Below the pieces are notes generated by a model that had not been told where the DNA came from, searched no databases, and worked only from the letters and a program-made list of their open reading frames with translations. Shown in pieces: positions 18,601 through 28,087 of a stretch of DNA of 64,000 bases. The first letter of the stretch is position 1, and every line of letters starts with the position of its first letter. Where the stretch lies: positions 153,692-217,691 of the forward strand of contig CAZELK010000001.1 of NCBI GenBank assembly GCA_964513145.1, written 5' to 3'. This DNA comes from Candidatus Woesearchaeota archaeon (GTDB lineage: Archaea; Nanobdellota; Nanobdellia; SCGC-AAA011-G17; JACPIM01). A program made the translations under genes and the position numbers.

Positions 18601-19049
18601 TTTTCTTTTAAATGAATAGACATAGTAGTATCATCAAAGAAACTTTCAATTTCTATTTTTTCTGTTAATTCTTTTGGTGCTAAATAAATAACTTCTAATC
18701 CAAAAGCCTTGCCAGATTCTGCTTGTACTTTGTCAGCAGTTATCAAAATAGCCTTTTCTTTATTTGCTATGTCTCTGATCAATGCATCAATCTCACCAGA
18801 TTTAGCAAACTTAATTTGGGTTTCATTAGCTCTTTCCCCTACAAATTCTATTTTTAGATTTAATTTTCTAATTTGTTGAATTTCTTCTAATCCTATAAAG
18901 CCTATTTCCTGGCCTTTATTCGCCTGGTTTTCTAATTCTCCCACTACTGCATTCGGGATTAAAATAGTTCCATCTATTTTTTTTTCTTTGTAAAACTGAG
19001 TAACTGCTTTTTCAATTACTGCAGATGTGTCTATAACATATTTTTTCAT
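15648..19049 (-). CDS. PINA-type PIN + P-loop ATPase + KH protein, intein-containing (extein 589 aa)
   Basis: N-terminal PIN (VIDTSAVIE, EIDALIR, LITADKVQA), GETGSGK|STIAQALAE after splicing, FDEMR, VLHSA, KH motif VIGAQGK. Confidence 0.9.
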   Translation of the reverse strand: MKKYVIDTSAVIEKAVTQFYKEKKIDGTILIPNAVVGELENQANKGQEIGFIGLEEIQQIRKLNLKIEFVGERANETQIKFAKSGEIDALIRDIANKEKAILITADKVQAESGKAFGLEVIYLAPKELTEKIEIESFFDDTTMSIHLKEKCFPFGKKGFPGQWKLEKISDEILTSEKIQELVKEIIERSRIDEESFIEISRRGSTIVQYKNYRIVIVKPPVSDGWEITVVRPIKKLDLEEYKINEELLKKLKQARGVIIAGETGSGKCLPKGTKIYLKNNIIKNIENVNINDVVLTYNKNCQITHEKVINKFTRKSKTIKIKTNFGKEIELTPEHPVLSFKDGIPKWVNAKELILGNRIATVRKLNNEGSLQVIDWVDLLPEEKFLVKLKEDLNIEIPIEEVLLGLKSKIITIIKNTKNCKQIDINNELNSTSGWIRVLLLQLNKEGIILRKKQDKFIYNLAKDKIKLKKEELIPLKTLKKYLTKEEIYEITDKILHFGTWHKSEPIKPPRFLTQEICELLGYYIGECLTKYGISTDSKFCQKRFVDLSKNIFDIDVNKQRKGTDVYTDKGKTIEIFLNRCLDISLLNSKKRATYHRIPKLILNSTKLEMASFLRAYFDTESYVHEEKGIEISSASIGLIKDTQLVLLNFNIQSSIRKKIINNKPYYILYIYRYNNVKKFQEEISLIEKEWQARRYLENNKAGSPNKDTIPIGYLLNKINLREELHIKYPFLKRDFSHEQTRKMISLIIPQITNEISINDLAMIQLASSEYIQWDKVIGREEIKEEKEVFDIEVENTHNFLAGDVPFIVHNSTIAQALAEDYSKSGKITKTVESPRDLQLNENITQYSKNFTNSEEIHDILFLSRPDYIIFDEMRDTPDFQLYIDIRLAGSNVIGVLHSATPIDAVQRFIRRLDTGMIPSVVDTILYIDKGKISKVYTLKMLVKVPTGMTESDLARPIVEVRDFEIDKLEYEIYSYGEETVVIPISKEKKRGAKDKLAEKSIKEELLNYVSEVEVEMLNDNRAVIYIPAENISRVIGAQGKTIEKIENKLGIGIEVREIKKDRKTIPFKIQEENKLIRIFTEENKDVEIFIENEFLLTAISSKKGEIKIHKKSNFGRDILKAVDKGKKIELRA
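16617..18248 (-). mobile_element. 544-aa intein with LAGLIDADG-type endonuclease region and wHTH insert
   Basis: Starts CLPKGTKI after the Walker A Lys; LTPEHPV block B; ELLGYYIGE and FLRAYFDTES; VFDIEVENTHNF...VHN|S. Confidence 0.9.
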
Positions 19050-19196
19050 TTCCGTAAGTTTTTTAAACTCCTTAATTTATTATTTCATAACTTAGTCTAA
19101 GTAGAATTCAAGCTTACTTGGGCTAAGTCAAAAGAGTATTTAAAACTTCTGTTTCACTACAAAAATTAATTTAAACAAGAGATTTCTAGTATATTT

Positions 19197-19775
19197 ATGC
19201 TGATTATTGGTTTAACAGGAACATTAAGTTCTGGAAAAGGGGAAGTTGGAAAATATTTGGTTGAAAAAGGATTCACATATTTTTCTTGTTCAGATGAACT
19301 AAGGATAGAAGCTAAAAAATTGGGTTTGGAAGAAACTAGAGAAAATTTAGGTGTAGTTATCGGAGACAAACTAAGAAAAGAGTTTGGAAAAGGAGTTTTA
19401 GGAAAAAGAATTTATGAGAGAATTTTAAAAAATAATGTAAGCTTAGCTGTAGTCGACAGTCTCCATTTAATAGAGGAAGTTAATGAATTAAAAAACTCAG
19501 GTAATTTTTACTTAATTTTTGTTGACGCACCAATTGAAATAAGATTTAAAAGAGCTTTGCAAAGAAAAAGAATCACCGACAATATAAGTTTACAAGAATT
19601 CAAAAAAACTGAAGATAAAGAAAGATTTGCTAAAGGAACATTGCAGAAAATGCAGGATTGTTACGATGCTGCAGACTTTAAAATAATAAATGAAAGCAAT
19701 TTAAATGACCTGCATAAAAAAATTAGTGAAATTTTAAATAAAACTCAGGTTAATTTGTCAACTTCATCTAAATGA
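19197..19775 (+). CDS. P-loop nucleotide/dephospho-CoA kinase-like protein
   Basis: IIGLTGTLSSGKG, VDAPIEIRFKR, DAADFKIINE. Confidence 0.75.
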   Translation: MLIIGLTGTLSSGKGEVGKYLVEKGFTYFSCSDELRIEAKKLGLEETRENLGVVIGDKLRKEFGKGVLGKRIYERILKNNVSLAVVDSLHLIEEVNELKNSGNFYLIFVDAPIEIRFKRALQRKRITDNISLQEFKKTEDKERFAKGTLQKMQDCYDAADFKIINESNLNDLHKKISEILNKTQVNLSTSSK

Positions 19776-20029
19776 TAAGTTTTTCTGCAATCTGAAAAAG
19801 AAAAGCAGAAACCATCTTCTGTTGTTATAAAATAATCTTCAATACTATACTCTTCAAGCCTGCCTTTTCTGTGAAGTGCATAAATCTGTCTTTTAATCTT
19901 AGCCTCTCCAATTGTTTTAATTGGTGGCAGCTTGGTTAATTTTTTTATGTCAATTGCAAGTCTTTCTAGTTCCGAACTTAATAAACCCTCATCAGGCAAA
20001 AAGACTTTCACCTCAATTATCTCTGACAT
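19745..20029 (-). CDS. Hypothetical protein
   Basis: 94-aa ORF with upstream AT-rich promoter-like gap. Confidence 0.45.
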   Translation of the reverse strand: MSEIIEVKVFLPDEGLLSSELERLAIDIKKLTKLPPIKTIGEAKIKRQIYALHRKGRLEEYSIEDYFITTEDGFCFSFSDCRKTYHLDEVDKLT

Positions 20030-20130
20030 TTTCTTAGAACTTACTAATTAGATTTAAAAACTATTTGTATATTCGGATTTATCTTTAGTTAAACACTAAA
20101 AAATATAAATACGTAATATCTAGTAACTTT

Positions 20131-20454
20131 ATGGATGAAAGTGACCTTTTTAACAGCGTTTCAGACCAGCTAAGTTCTGAAGAAATGGAGATTCTTAATT
20201 TACATTATGAGTTATGGTTCGAGAGACAACTAAGAGAGCAAGACAAAGAACGTTATGAAAAAGTAATTAAAAAATTAAGGGATAATAATTTGCCAAATTA
20301 TTTAAAAAAATCACTCGGTTATTCTAAATTAGAAAGATCTATAAAAAAAACTAAAACAGATTTTAATGAATTAGGTATAAAAACTGATAATACTTTATTT
20401 TGGGTTTGTGCTGTTTATGATGTTGTTGAATCATTATTATCAAGAAAATATTAA
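20131..20454 (+). CDS. Hypothetical protein
   Basis: 107-aa charged ORF. Confidence 0.45.
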   Translation: MDESDLFNSVSDQLSSEEMEILNLHYELWFERQLREQDKERYEKVIKKLRDNNLPNYLKKSLGYSKLERSIKKTKTDFNELGIKTDNTLFWVCAVYDVVESLLSRKY

Positions 20455-21161
20455 ATATTTCTTAAGAAAACTAAAAAAGCAGTATGTGCTATCATTTGTG
20501 ATTTGGGCCGTACTTTTAATCCTTCAACATACCATTCCCTCTCAATTAATTCAACAACTTTTTCAAGAATAAATTTATTTTCAGCATTTTTTACAAGCTC
20601 AATTACTTGGGATATTGTAGGCAGATAAGCAACTAAAAAAGAGCCATTTCTTAAGCTTTTTTTTGCATGATCTATAACTCTCCATGGTTCTGGAAGATCC
20701 AAAACAATTAAATCTAAATTTTTTTCATCTATTCCTTCATAAATGTCTCTGGATTTTATTTTTATGTCTAAGCCAAGTTCTTTAAAATTCTTCTTGGCTA
20801 TGTCTAGAAATTCGGGATTTTTTTCATAAGTTGTTATATTTGGAGTTATTCTTCCTAAAAATGAAGTTAAAAAACCAGAACCAGTTCCAGCATCAACAAT
20901 TTTGCTGTTCCTGTGAACTCCGGTACTTGCTATTATGTACCCAATATCCTTTTTTGTTATTATTGCCGGCCCTCTTTTTAATTTCTCTAGTTTATCAATA
21001 AAATTTGCTTCAAATATTAAAAATTCTTTATTAATATGGGATTTTATTTTTCCTGTTTTGTTTTTTAAATCATCTTCTTTTATTAGACCCAAATAAGTGT
21101 GTAAATCTCCACTAGACCAGTAATATCTGTTGCCTTTTTCATCAATTATTACTTTTTTCAC
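20451..21161 (-). CDS. trmI: tRNA (adenine-N1)-methyltransferase TrmI
   Basis: RGPAIITKKD, VDAGTGSG, LDLPEPW, YLPT, HTAFLVF. Confidence 0.9.
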   Translation of the reverse strand: MKKVIIDEKGNRYYWSSGDLHTYLGLIKEDDLKNKTGKIKSHINKEFLIFEANFIDKLEKLKRGPAIITKKDIGYIIASTGVHRNSKIVDAGTGSGFLTSFLGRITPNITTYEKNPEFLDIAKKNFKELGLDIKIKSRDIYEGIDEKNLDLIVLDLPEPWRVIDHAKKSLRNGSFLVAYLPTISQVIELVKNAENKFILEKVVELIEREWYVEGLKVRPKSQMIAHTAFLVFLRNI

Positions 21162-21239
21162 TTAGGAAGTTTATTTTCTAACTTATATAAAACTTCTCAA
21201 AAAGATAATCTTTATAAAACGCCTTTTTGTCGTTTTATT

Positions 21240-21518
21240 ATGTTTAAGGCATTTAGGGATCTGGAAAAAGAAAGAACATTGCCTAAAGAATTAAGACCAA
21301 ATATTCAGGCTTATTGTCCTGGATGTAAAAAAGAATCTGATTTTATTTATATTGGCTGTAATAATGAGATTTATAATTTAATTACACCCAAAGCCATTGA
21401 AATTTTGGGGAGTATAGATGCATTTATTGAAAGATACGGGAATTGTTACCAATTATATGATTGTTCTGGGTGTCATAGTTCTCAAACTTTAAAAACCTTA
21501 ACAAACCCGAGAAAATAG
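21240..21518 (+). CDS. Small putative Zn-binding protein
   Basis: YCPGC and YDCSGC pairs. Confidence 0.5.
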   Translation: MFKAFRDLEKERTLPKELRPNIQAYCPGCKKESDFIYIGCNNEIYNLITPKAIEILGSIDAFIERYGNCYQLYDCSGCHSSQTLKTLTNPRK

Positions 21519-21560
21519 AAATAATAATATTTAAAAATTAAGTTCTTGTTATATTAGAGC

Positions 21561-22094
21561 ATGGATTTTGTTTTAAGAAAAGAGTTTAGTGACAATAATA
21601 GGGTTTATGTTGATTTGGTAAGCCCTAAAAAAATTAGTGAAGTAAAAAAAATAAGCCCATCAAATAAAATTATTGTGATTAAAACAACAAATGATGATAT
21701 AAGCAGGAGTTGTTTGGAAAATAAAAACATTGATATTTTATTGGGCCTTGAGTCATGCAATTCAAGGGATTTTATTCATTATCGAAATTCAGGCCTTAAT
21801 CAAGTTCTCTGTAAGCTGGCGAAAAAAAATAATGTTGCAATAGGCTTTAGCTTTAATGATATATTAAACAATGAAAAAAAAGAAATTGTTCTGGGAAGAA
21901 TGATGCAAAATGTTATGCTTTGTAGAAAGTATAAGCTAAAAATTGTGATTGGAAGTTTTGCAAGTAAGGACATAGAAATAAAAAACAAGAGTGAGTTAAT
22001 GAGCTTTGGAAAAGTTATTGGCATGAATGGGTCAGAAATCAGGCAAAGTTTAAATTTTAAAAAGAAAGAGGGATTAATTAAAATAATAAAATGA
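21561..22094 (+). CDS. rnp3: RNase P protein Rpp30
   Basis: SGLNQVLCKLAKKNNVAIGF, LCRKY..KIVIGSFA. Confidence 0.85.
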   Translation: MDFVLRKEFSDNNRVYVDLVSPKKISEVKKISPSNKIIVIKTTNDDISRSCLENKNIDILLGLESCNSRDFIHYRNSGLNQVLCKLAKKNNVAIGFSFNDILNNEKKEIVLGRMMQNVMLCRKYKLKIVIGSFASKDIEIKNKSELMSFGKVIGMNGSEIRQSLNFKKKEGLIKIIK

Positions 22095-24910
22095 AGTTTT
22101 ATACAACAATATTATTCTTATTATTAGCTGCAGTCTGTGTAAATGGTATATACATTGATGAAAATGTAGAAAAGATTTTACAAAATAATAGCAATGTTAA
22201 TGTAATAATAAAATTTTCTGATAAAAGTGAATTTCTAAAAAATGAGTTTAGTGCAAATGCAATTTTAAATAATTTAAATAAAAATGAGTTTCGTGGCAGA
22301 TACAATAAAAATACGAATACTGCTGGTGGAAAAATTTCTAGGGAAGATTTTGAAAGGCTCACTTCAAATGTTAATATAGATGGAATTTATTTAAACCATA
22401 TATTCAAAATAGATTTAGATCAGTCAACTAAGATGGTTAATTCAACCATTGTTAACACATTAAAAATAAAAGGAACAAATAATATTACTGGAAAAAATTT
22501 AAGTGTTTGTATACTTGATACTGGCGTTAATTATAATCTTGCTGATCTTGGTGGTTGTTTCGGTAATGGTTGTAAAGTAGTTGGTGGTTATAATTTTGTA
22601 GCCCCAAGTAGCGAGGTTGCAGATGATAATGGACATGGAACTCATGTTGCTGGCATTGTTGCTGCAAATGGTTCAATTACTGGTGTAGCACCTGAAGCAA
22701 ATATAGTCGCAATAAAAGTCCTTAATAGCGCTGGTTCTGGGACAGAATCAGATATAATAAGTGGTATAAAATGGTGTACAGATAATTCAGCTAACTTTAG
22801 TATAAAAGTAATTTCAATGAGCTTTGGTTTTGGAATATATGAAAATAATTGCGATGCCAGTTTTCAGTTATTGTTAAATTCAATTAGTGAAGCCACAGCA
22901 AAAAATATTTCTGTTATTGCAGCGAGTGGAAACCGCGGTGATTCAACACAAATCATAGGAAACTATACTGCAATTTCCTCGCCAGCCTGCTTAAGTAATG
23001 TTACTGCAGTTAGTGCAACAAATAAAAGTCATAGTATAGATAATAGTTATTCTAATAGAAATAAGTTAGTTTCTTTATTAGCCCCGGGAACATCAATAAA
23101 ATCTTTAAATTATAATTCAAATACCTGTTTATGCAGTAGTGGGTGTATAGGCAATTACATGACATGTTCAGGTACATCAATGGCTACTCCTCATGTTGCC
23201 GGTGTTTATGTTTTATTAAGTCAATATTTGAGAGATGAAGTTAATATATCAGTAAATAATTCTTATATAAAAGAACTTTTAAATTCTACTGGTATTCCAA
23301 TTATAGATAACAAAACAAATTTAACTTATACTTTTGTTAGCACATATAAGGCCTTGCTGAATTTAGATACTTATGTGCCAGAGTTAATAATTAATTATCC
23401 TGAAAATAAGACTTATGCTTTAAGCAATATAAGTTTTAATTTCAGTAGTCTTGATGCAAATTTAAATTCAACATGGTATAATATAGATAACACAAATAAT
23501 ATAACTGTAATATCAAACACAACAATAAATCTAAGCAACGGCAACCATATAATATACTTGTATTCTAATGACACAAATGGCAATTCAAATAAAACAAATA
23601 TTAGTTTTGTTATAAATACTAATCTGCCAATTATTAACTTAAATGAACCTGCTAATAATATGACAGACATTGATGGAAATATAACATTTAATTGTTCTTC
23701 CACATCTATTCCACAATTGAAAAATATAAGTTTGTGGCATAATTTAAGCGGCAATTTTGTATTAAACCAAACATCATTAATTTCAGGTACAAATAATTAT
23801 AGCTTATTTAATTTGCCAAATATAAACAATACTAAATTTATCTGGAGTTGTTTAGTTTATAATGTAGACGAATATTATGCATTTTCAAACAACAGGTCTT
23901 TAACAGTGAAAATAAATAATAAGCCAAATATTACTGATTATTTGCCAAGTAGCTCAAGTGTCAGCGTTGATGAAGGCAAAAGTTTAAGTTTTAATCACAC
24001 CACTATTGATATTGATGATGATCAATTAACTTATTCATGGTTATTAGATAGCTTGTTGAAAACTAATCAGCAAAATTATACATATAGTCCAAATTATACT
24101 GAGGAAGGGACCCATAGTATAAGCCTAATAGCTGGTGACAATCTCATAAATACATCTTTCAATTGGAGTCTGACAGTAAATAACATAATATACTGTGGTA
24201 ATAATATTAAGGAAACAAATGAGTCATGCGATACAAATGATTTGAGTGGTGCTACATGTACTAACAAAGGCTTTACTGGCGGAAGTTTAAGTTGCTCCAG
24301 TAGCTGCACTTTGATTACAAGTTCTTGTACAAATTCTTCAGACTCCGGAAGTTCTGGTTCTGGCAGCTCAGGTAGTCCAAGCGGTGGTGGCGGAACCCAG
24401 GTTAGTTCAAGCGAATTTGATGACAATTTAAACACAGCAGCACCAGCATCAACTGCAGCAGAAATTAAATCAGAACCAGTAAAAAGCACACCTCCAGAAT
24501 TGGTAGTTGAAGAATCAGAAAAAGCAATTAAAATAATAAAAGGGGAAACTGTTAATTTTGTTTTCGAAAATAATAATCACGCCATAACATTGGACAATAT
24601 ACAGGAAGATTCTGTTGATATAACAATAAATTCAGAGACAGTCAAATTAACATTAAAATTAAATGAAGAGCAGATTGTTGATCTGGAAGAAAAAAGCAAA
24701 TTAAAAATTAAATTAGAAAGCATTTCAAATGATGAAGTAAATATTAAGATATCAAAAACAATAACTTCCTCTGAAGCATCTTCAGATGGAAAATTAATTA
24801 CTGGTTTTTCAGTTTATACAGAGGGTATAAAAAATTATGGTCTGGGTGCCATTGGCTTAATTTTAATATTATTGTTATTTAGATGGGGAATTAAAAGAAA
24901 AAGCAAATGA
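22091..24910 (+). CDS. Secreted subtilisin-like S8 protease with Ig-like repeats and C-terminal TM anchor
   Basis: Catalytic triad ILDTG, HGTHVAG, GTSMATPH; signal peptide; Gly/Ser linker; terminal TM helix. Confidence 0.92.
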   Translation: MKFYTTILFLLLAAVCVNGIYIDENVEKILQNNSNVNVIIKFSDKSEFLKNEFSANAILNNLNKNEFRGRYNKNTNTAGGKISREDFERLTSNVNIDGIYLNHIFKIDLDQSTKMVNSTIVNTLKIKGTNNITGKNLSVCILDTGVNYNLADLGGCFGNGCKVVGGYNFVAPSSEVADDNGHGTHVAGIVAANGSITGVAPEANIVAIKVLNSAGSGTESDIISGIKWCTDNSANFSIKVISMSFGFGIYENNCDASFQLLLNSISEATAKNISVIAASGNRGDSTQIIGNYTAISSPACLSNVTAVSATNKSHSIDNSYSNRNKLVSLLAPGTSIKSLNYNSNTCLCSSGCIGNYMTCSGTSMATPHVAGVYVLLSQYLRDEVNISVNNSYIKELLNSTGIPIIDNKTNLTYTFVSTYKALLNLDTYVPELIINYPENKTYALSNISFNFSSLDANLNSTWYNIDNTNNITVISNTTINLSNGNHIIYLYSNDTNGNSNKTNISFVINTNLPIINLNEPANNMTDIDGNITFNCSSTSIPQLKNISLWHNLSGNFVLNQTSLISGTNNYSLFNLPNINNTKFIWSCLVYNVDEYYAFSNNRSLTVKINNKPNITDYLPSSSSVSVDEGKSLSFNHTTIDIDDDQLTYSWLLDSLLKTNQQNYTYSPNYTEEGTHSISLIAGDNLINTSFNWSLTVNNIIYCGNNIKETNESCDTNDLSGATCTNKGFTGGSLSCSSSCTLITSSCTNSSDSGSSGSGSSGSPSGGGGTQVSSSEFDDNLNTAAPASTAAEIKSEPVKSTPPELVVEESEKAIKIIKGETVNFVFENNNHAITLDNIQEDSVDITINSETVKLTLKLNEEQIVDLEEKSKLKIKLESISNDEVNIKISKTITSSEASSDGKLITGFSVYTEGIKNYGLGAIGLILILLLFRWGIKRKSK

Positions 24911-25371
24911 CAGCAGTAATGGATTTGGAAAAAGAAAGAACACTGGAAAATATACAAAGATTTCTAAAATTAAATTTAGATGATTTATTTAAAAAAATAA
25001 TGAAGGAATTAAATATAAGTATTAATAAAAATCTTCGAAGCAACGCCATATTTATTTTAAAGGAGATTAGAGAACTGGAAAAGAAAATTAAAGAAGAGTT
25101 ATTAAAAATTAATTTTTATAAAAGAAATGTCGAAATAAATATAAAAGGGTATTCTGATATTGAAGATAATTATTTTCTGCATTTAGCTATGATGGATTTG
25201 AAAAATATACTAAAATCATTCAAAAGCATGCATTCAGAAATTATAAATACAATCTCGGCAATTTTAGAAGATGAGAAATTGTCAAAAAAAATAACATCAG
25301 AATTAAATTCATTAAAAATTCTTGCAATAGAGATAACCAATCTGGAAACTAACATTCATTCTATAAAATAA
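24907..25371 (+). CDS. Hypothetical helical protein
   Basis: ATGA overlap with the protease gene. Confidence 0.5.
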   Translation: MTAVMDLEKERTLENIQRFLKLNLDDLFKKIMKELNISINKNLRSNAIFILKEIRELEKKIKEELLKINFYKRNVEINIKGYSDIEDNYFLHLAMMDLKNILKSFKSMHSEIINTISAILEDEKLSKKITSELNSLKILAIEITNLETNIHSIK

Positions 25372-26202
25372 TTATTTTCTTATTAGCAAATAAAGATAAA
25401 CCAGTAACCCAATTGCAGAAACTATTTCTTTGTTATAATTGTGGGGAAATACAGAATAAACATATATTTTTTTATCTTTATAAATGCCATAAAGGCTTAT
25501 TTTCGAGTTTAATTTAAGAGTTTCACTTGTTTCAAGCTCGAATTCATGGTTCATTTCATTTAATTTAACCGGGTTTAATGATACAACCTTGCTTATTAAC
25601 AAGCTGACTTCCTTATTTTCATATTTTTCAGGATGTAAAATAAAGTCACTTCCCTTGACATTATTCTCAATTAATTTGTTTGGCGTTGATAATAATATTA
25701 TAAATGTTAATAAAAGCGGAATTAAAAAATAAACATTTCTTTTAAATTTTAGTTCAGATTTTTCTAGATTAAAAAAACAAACAATAAAAACTAACCCGCC
25801 AATTATTGGCAATATTACATTCCCGCCATAAAATAAATTTAGTGCATATTCTTCCAGATAAAAAGGGTAAAACAACATAGCCCCAAATTTCCCAACAAAT
25901 TGCAGCAAATCTAAAAAAAAATGTGAAATTATGCCCAAAGCCAGCACTAAAAAATTATTCAGTCTTTTCTCAAATAATAAAGATATGCTTAAACCTAGTA
26001 GTAAAGAGATAAATGGGGTATGAATTGGCTCTATATATAATAGTGTCTTTATTTCGTCAAAATTTAAAAAATTTAATATTGTTATTATAATTCTTGAAAC
26101 ATCAGGTAAAATAGCCCCGGTTATTAATAATTTCCAGTTTTGTATTTTAAATAAAACTCCTATCAATAATGCAAAAGTCATATGTACTAATAAATCTGGC
26201 AT
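25372..26202 (-). CDS. Membrane-bound metal-dependent hydrolase (YdjM-like)
   Basis: MPDLLVH, GAILPD, HTPF, SHFFLD. Confidence 0.8.
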   Translation of the reverse strand: MPDLLVHMTFALLIGVLFKIQNWKLLITGAILPDVSRIIITILNFLNFDEIKTLLYIEPIHTPFISLLLGLSISLLFEKRLNNFLVLALGIISHFFLDLLQFVGKFGAMLFYPFYLEEYALNLFYGGNVILPIIGGLVFIVCFFNLEKSELKFKRNVYFLIPLLLTFIILLSTPNKLIENNVKGSDFILHPEKYENKEVSLLISKVVSLNPVKLNEMNHEFELETSETLKLNSKISLYGIYKDKKIYVYSVFPHNYNKEIVSAIGLLVYLYLLIRK

Positions 26203-26346
26203 AATTTCTTTCCAATATTATTGCTTAAATAATTTCTGTATGCTACAAAAAAAGAAATCCACAGTAACCTTTATATATTACTCTTAAATTAAATATTTCT
26301 TGTAAGAGAGAAGAAAAGCTAAAAAGCTATATTCTCAGGTGAAAAA

Positions 26347-26661
26347 ATTAAACCTTTATTGCCTAGTTTAAGAGAAAGAAAAAGGTATATGTTATATAAA
26401 GTAAGTAAAGTCAATTTTGTTGAAAGAGAGTTTTTATATAATATGATAAAAAAGTTTTTAGGAGATCTTGTAATGGCTAAGGCTGGCATTATGATATTAA
26501 ATAACACAGATACAAAAGGAATAATAAGAGTAAATCACTACTATGTTGATGAAGTTAAAACAGCATTGGCATTAATTAACAATTATCACGATAATGAAAT
26601 AAGGGTGGAGACAATAAAAGTTTCCGGAGTAATAAATAAATTAAAAGAGGAAGGTGTATAA
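26347..26661 (+). CDS. rnp2: RNase P protein Pop5/Rpp14; probable ATT start (alternative TTG at 26359)
   Basis: KPLLPSLRERKRY, GIIRVNH, VSGVINK; no in-frame ATG or GTG upstream. Confidence 0.85.
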   Translation: MKPLLPSLRERKRYMLYKVSKVNFVEREFLYNMIKKFLGDLVMAKAGIMILNNTDTKGIIRVNHYYVDEVKTALALINNYHDNEIRVETIKVSGVINKLKEEGV

Positions 26662-26662
26662 A

Positions 26663-27379
26663 ATGCAGCCTGATATGAGTCATCAAGCAATGGGTTATGA
26701 TAGAACTAGCATTATGTTTAGTCCTGATGGAAGATTGCTTCAAGTAGAATATGCAAAGAAAACAGTAAAACAAGGGACAAGCACACTTGGAATAGTGTGT
26801 AAAGACGGTGTTCTTTTAGTTGCTGATAAAAGGATTACAGATAAATTAATTGTTCCAACAAGTATTGAGAAAGTATACCAAATAGATGAGCACATTGGTG
26901 CAAGTGGTTCTGGTATATTAAGTGACGGAAGAATTTTAATTGAAAGGGCCCAGGTTGTAGCACAGCAGCATAAAGTAACATATGATGAGCCCATTGAAGT
27001 TGGAGAAATTGTTAAAGACATATCCAATCTTAAGCAAGCCTACACCCAAGTTGGTGGAGCAAGGCCATTTGGTGTTTCTATTTTATTTGCTGGTGTTGAC
27101 AAAGAAGGAGCAAGATTATTTTTAACAGACCCAACAGGCATATTTTTTGAATTCAAAGCTACAGCAATTGGCGAAGGAGATACAGAAATTAAAGATATGC
27201 TCGATAAGGAATATAAGGAAACAATAACACTTGAAGAAGGTTTAAAATTAGCTATAAGGGCATTAAAGAAATTTTTAGGAAAAGACTTCGATATAACTAG
27301 AGTAGACGGAGCATATATAAAAACAGATGAGAAAGTTTTTACAAGGCTAAAAAAACAGGATCTATTAAAATTAAAGTAA
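26663..27379 (+). CDS. psmA: Proteasome subunit alpha
   Basis: GYDRTSIMFSPDGRLLQVEYA, RPFGVSILFAG; ATG 26663 chosen over GTG 26654. Confidence 0.97.
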   Translation: MQPDMSHQAMGYDRTSIMFSPDGRLLQVEYAKKTVKQGTSTLGIVCKDGVLLVADKRITDKLIVPTSIEKVYQIDEHIGASGSGILSDGRILIERAQVVAQQHKVTYDEPIEVGEIVKDISNLKQAYTQVGGARPFGVSILFAGVDKEGARLFLTDPTGIFFEFKATAIGEGDTEIKDMLDKEYKETITLEEGLKLAIRALKKFLGKDFDITRVDGAYIKTDEKVFTRLKKQDLLKLK

Positions 27380-27386
27380 AAGCAAG

Positions 27387-28085
27387 ATGGCAATAAGTAT
27401 TGACAAAGCAGTTATCGCAAGATTAAAGAGAAATGGTAAGAATTTTGAGATCTTGGTGGATTGTGAAAAAGCCATAGAATTTAGGAAAGGAAAAAATATA
27501 TCTTTATACGACATTCTTGCAAGTGATATAATTTATAAAGATTCAAGAAAAGGTGAAAAAGCATCTGAAAAAGATATGGAACTGCTTTTTAAGACAGCAG
27601 ACCCAGCAGAAGTTGCCAAAATTATATTAAAAGAAGGCGAAATTCAGGTTAGCAAAGAAATAAGAGATAGCGAAAGAGAATCTAAAAGAAAAAAAATTAT
27701 CGAAATAATCCATAGAAATGGCATTGATAGCAAGACTGGTCTGCCCCATCCACCCCAGAGAATAGAAAATGCAATTAATGAAGCAAGGGTTAATATAGAT
27801 GAAAATAAAAGCGCAGAAGAGCAAGTTGATGCTGTCCTTGAAAAAATAAGGGCAATAATCCCAATAAGATTTGAAACAAAAAAAATAAGTTTATTAATAC
27901 CAGCTAAGTACGTAAACGGAAGCTTAAGAGTATTGAAGATGTACGGAAAAATTTCAAAAAATGAATGGAAAAGCGATGGAAGCTTGGAAGCAGTTATAGA
28001 AATACCAGGAGGAATAATTGACGAATTTTTTTCCCAGCTAAATGGCATATGCCATGGGGAAGTAAATTCAAGAATTTTAAATTAA
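27387..28085 (+). CDS. Ribosome maturation factor SBDS/Sdo1
   Basis: FEILVD, GLPHPPQRIE; position in the exosome superoperon. Confidence 0.95.
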   Translation: MAISIDKAVIARLKRNGKNFEILVDCEKAIEFRKGKNISLYDILASDIIYKDSRKGEKASEKDMELLFKTADPAEVAKIILKEGEIQVSKEIRDSERESKRKKIIEIIHRNGIDSKTGLPHPPQRIENAINEARVNIDENKSAEEQVDAVLEKIRAIIPIRFETKKISLLIPAKYVNGSLRVLKMYGKISKNEWKSDGSLEAVIEIPGGIIDEFFSQLNGICHGEVNSRILN

Positions 28086-28087
28086 AA

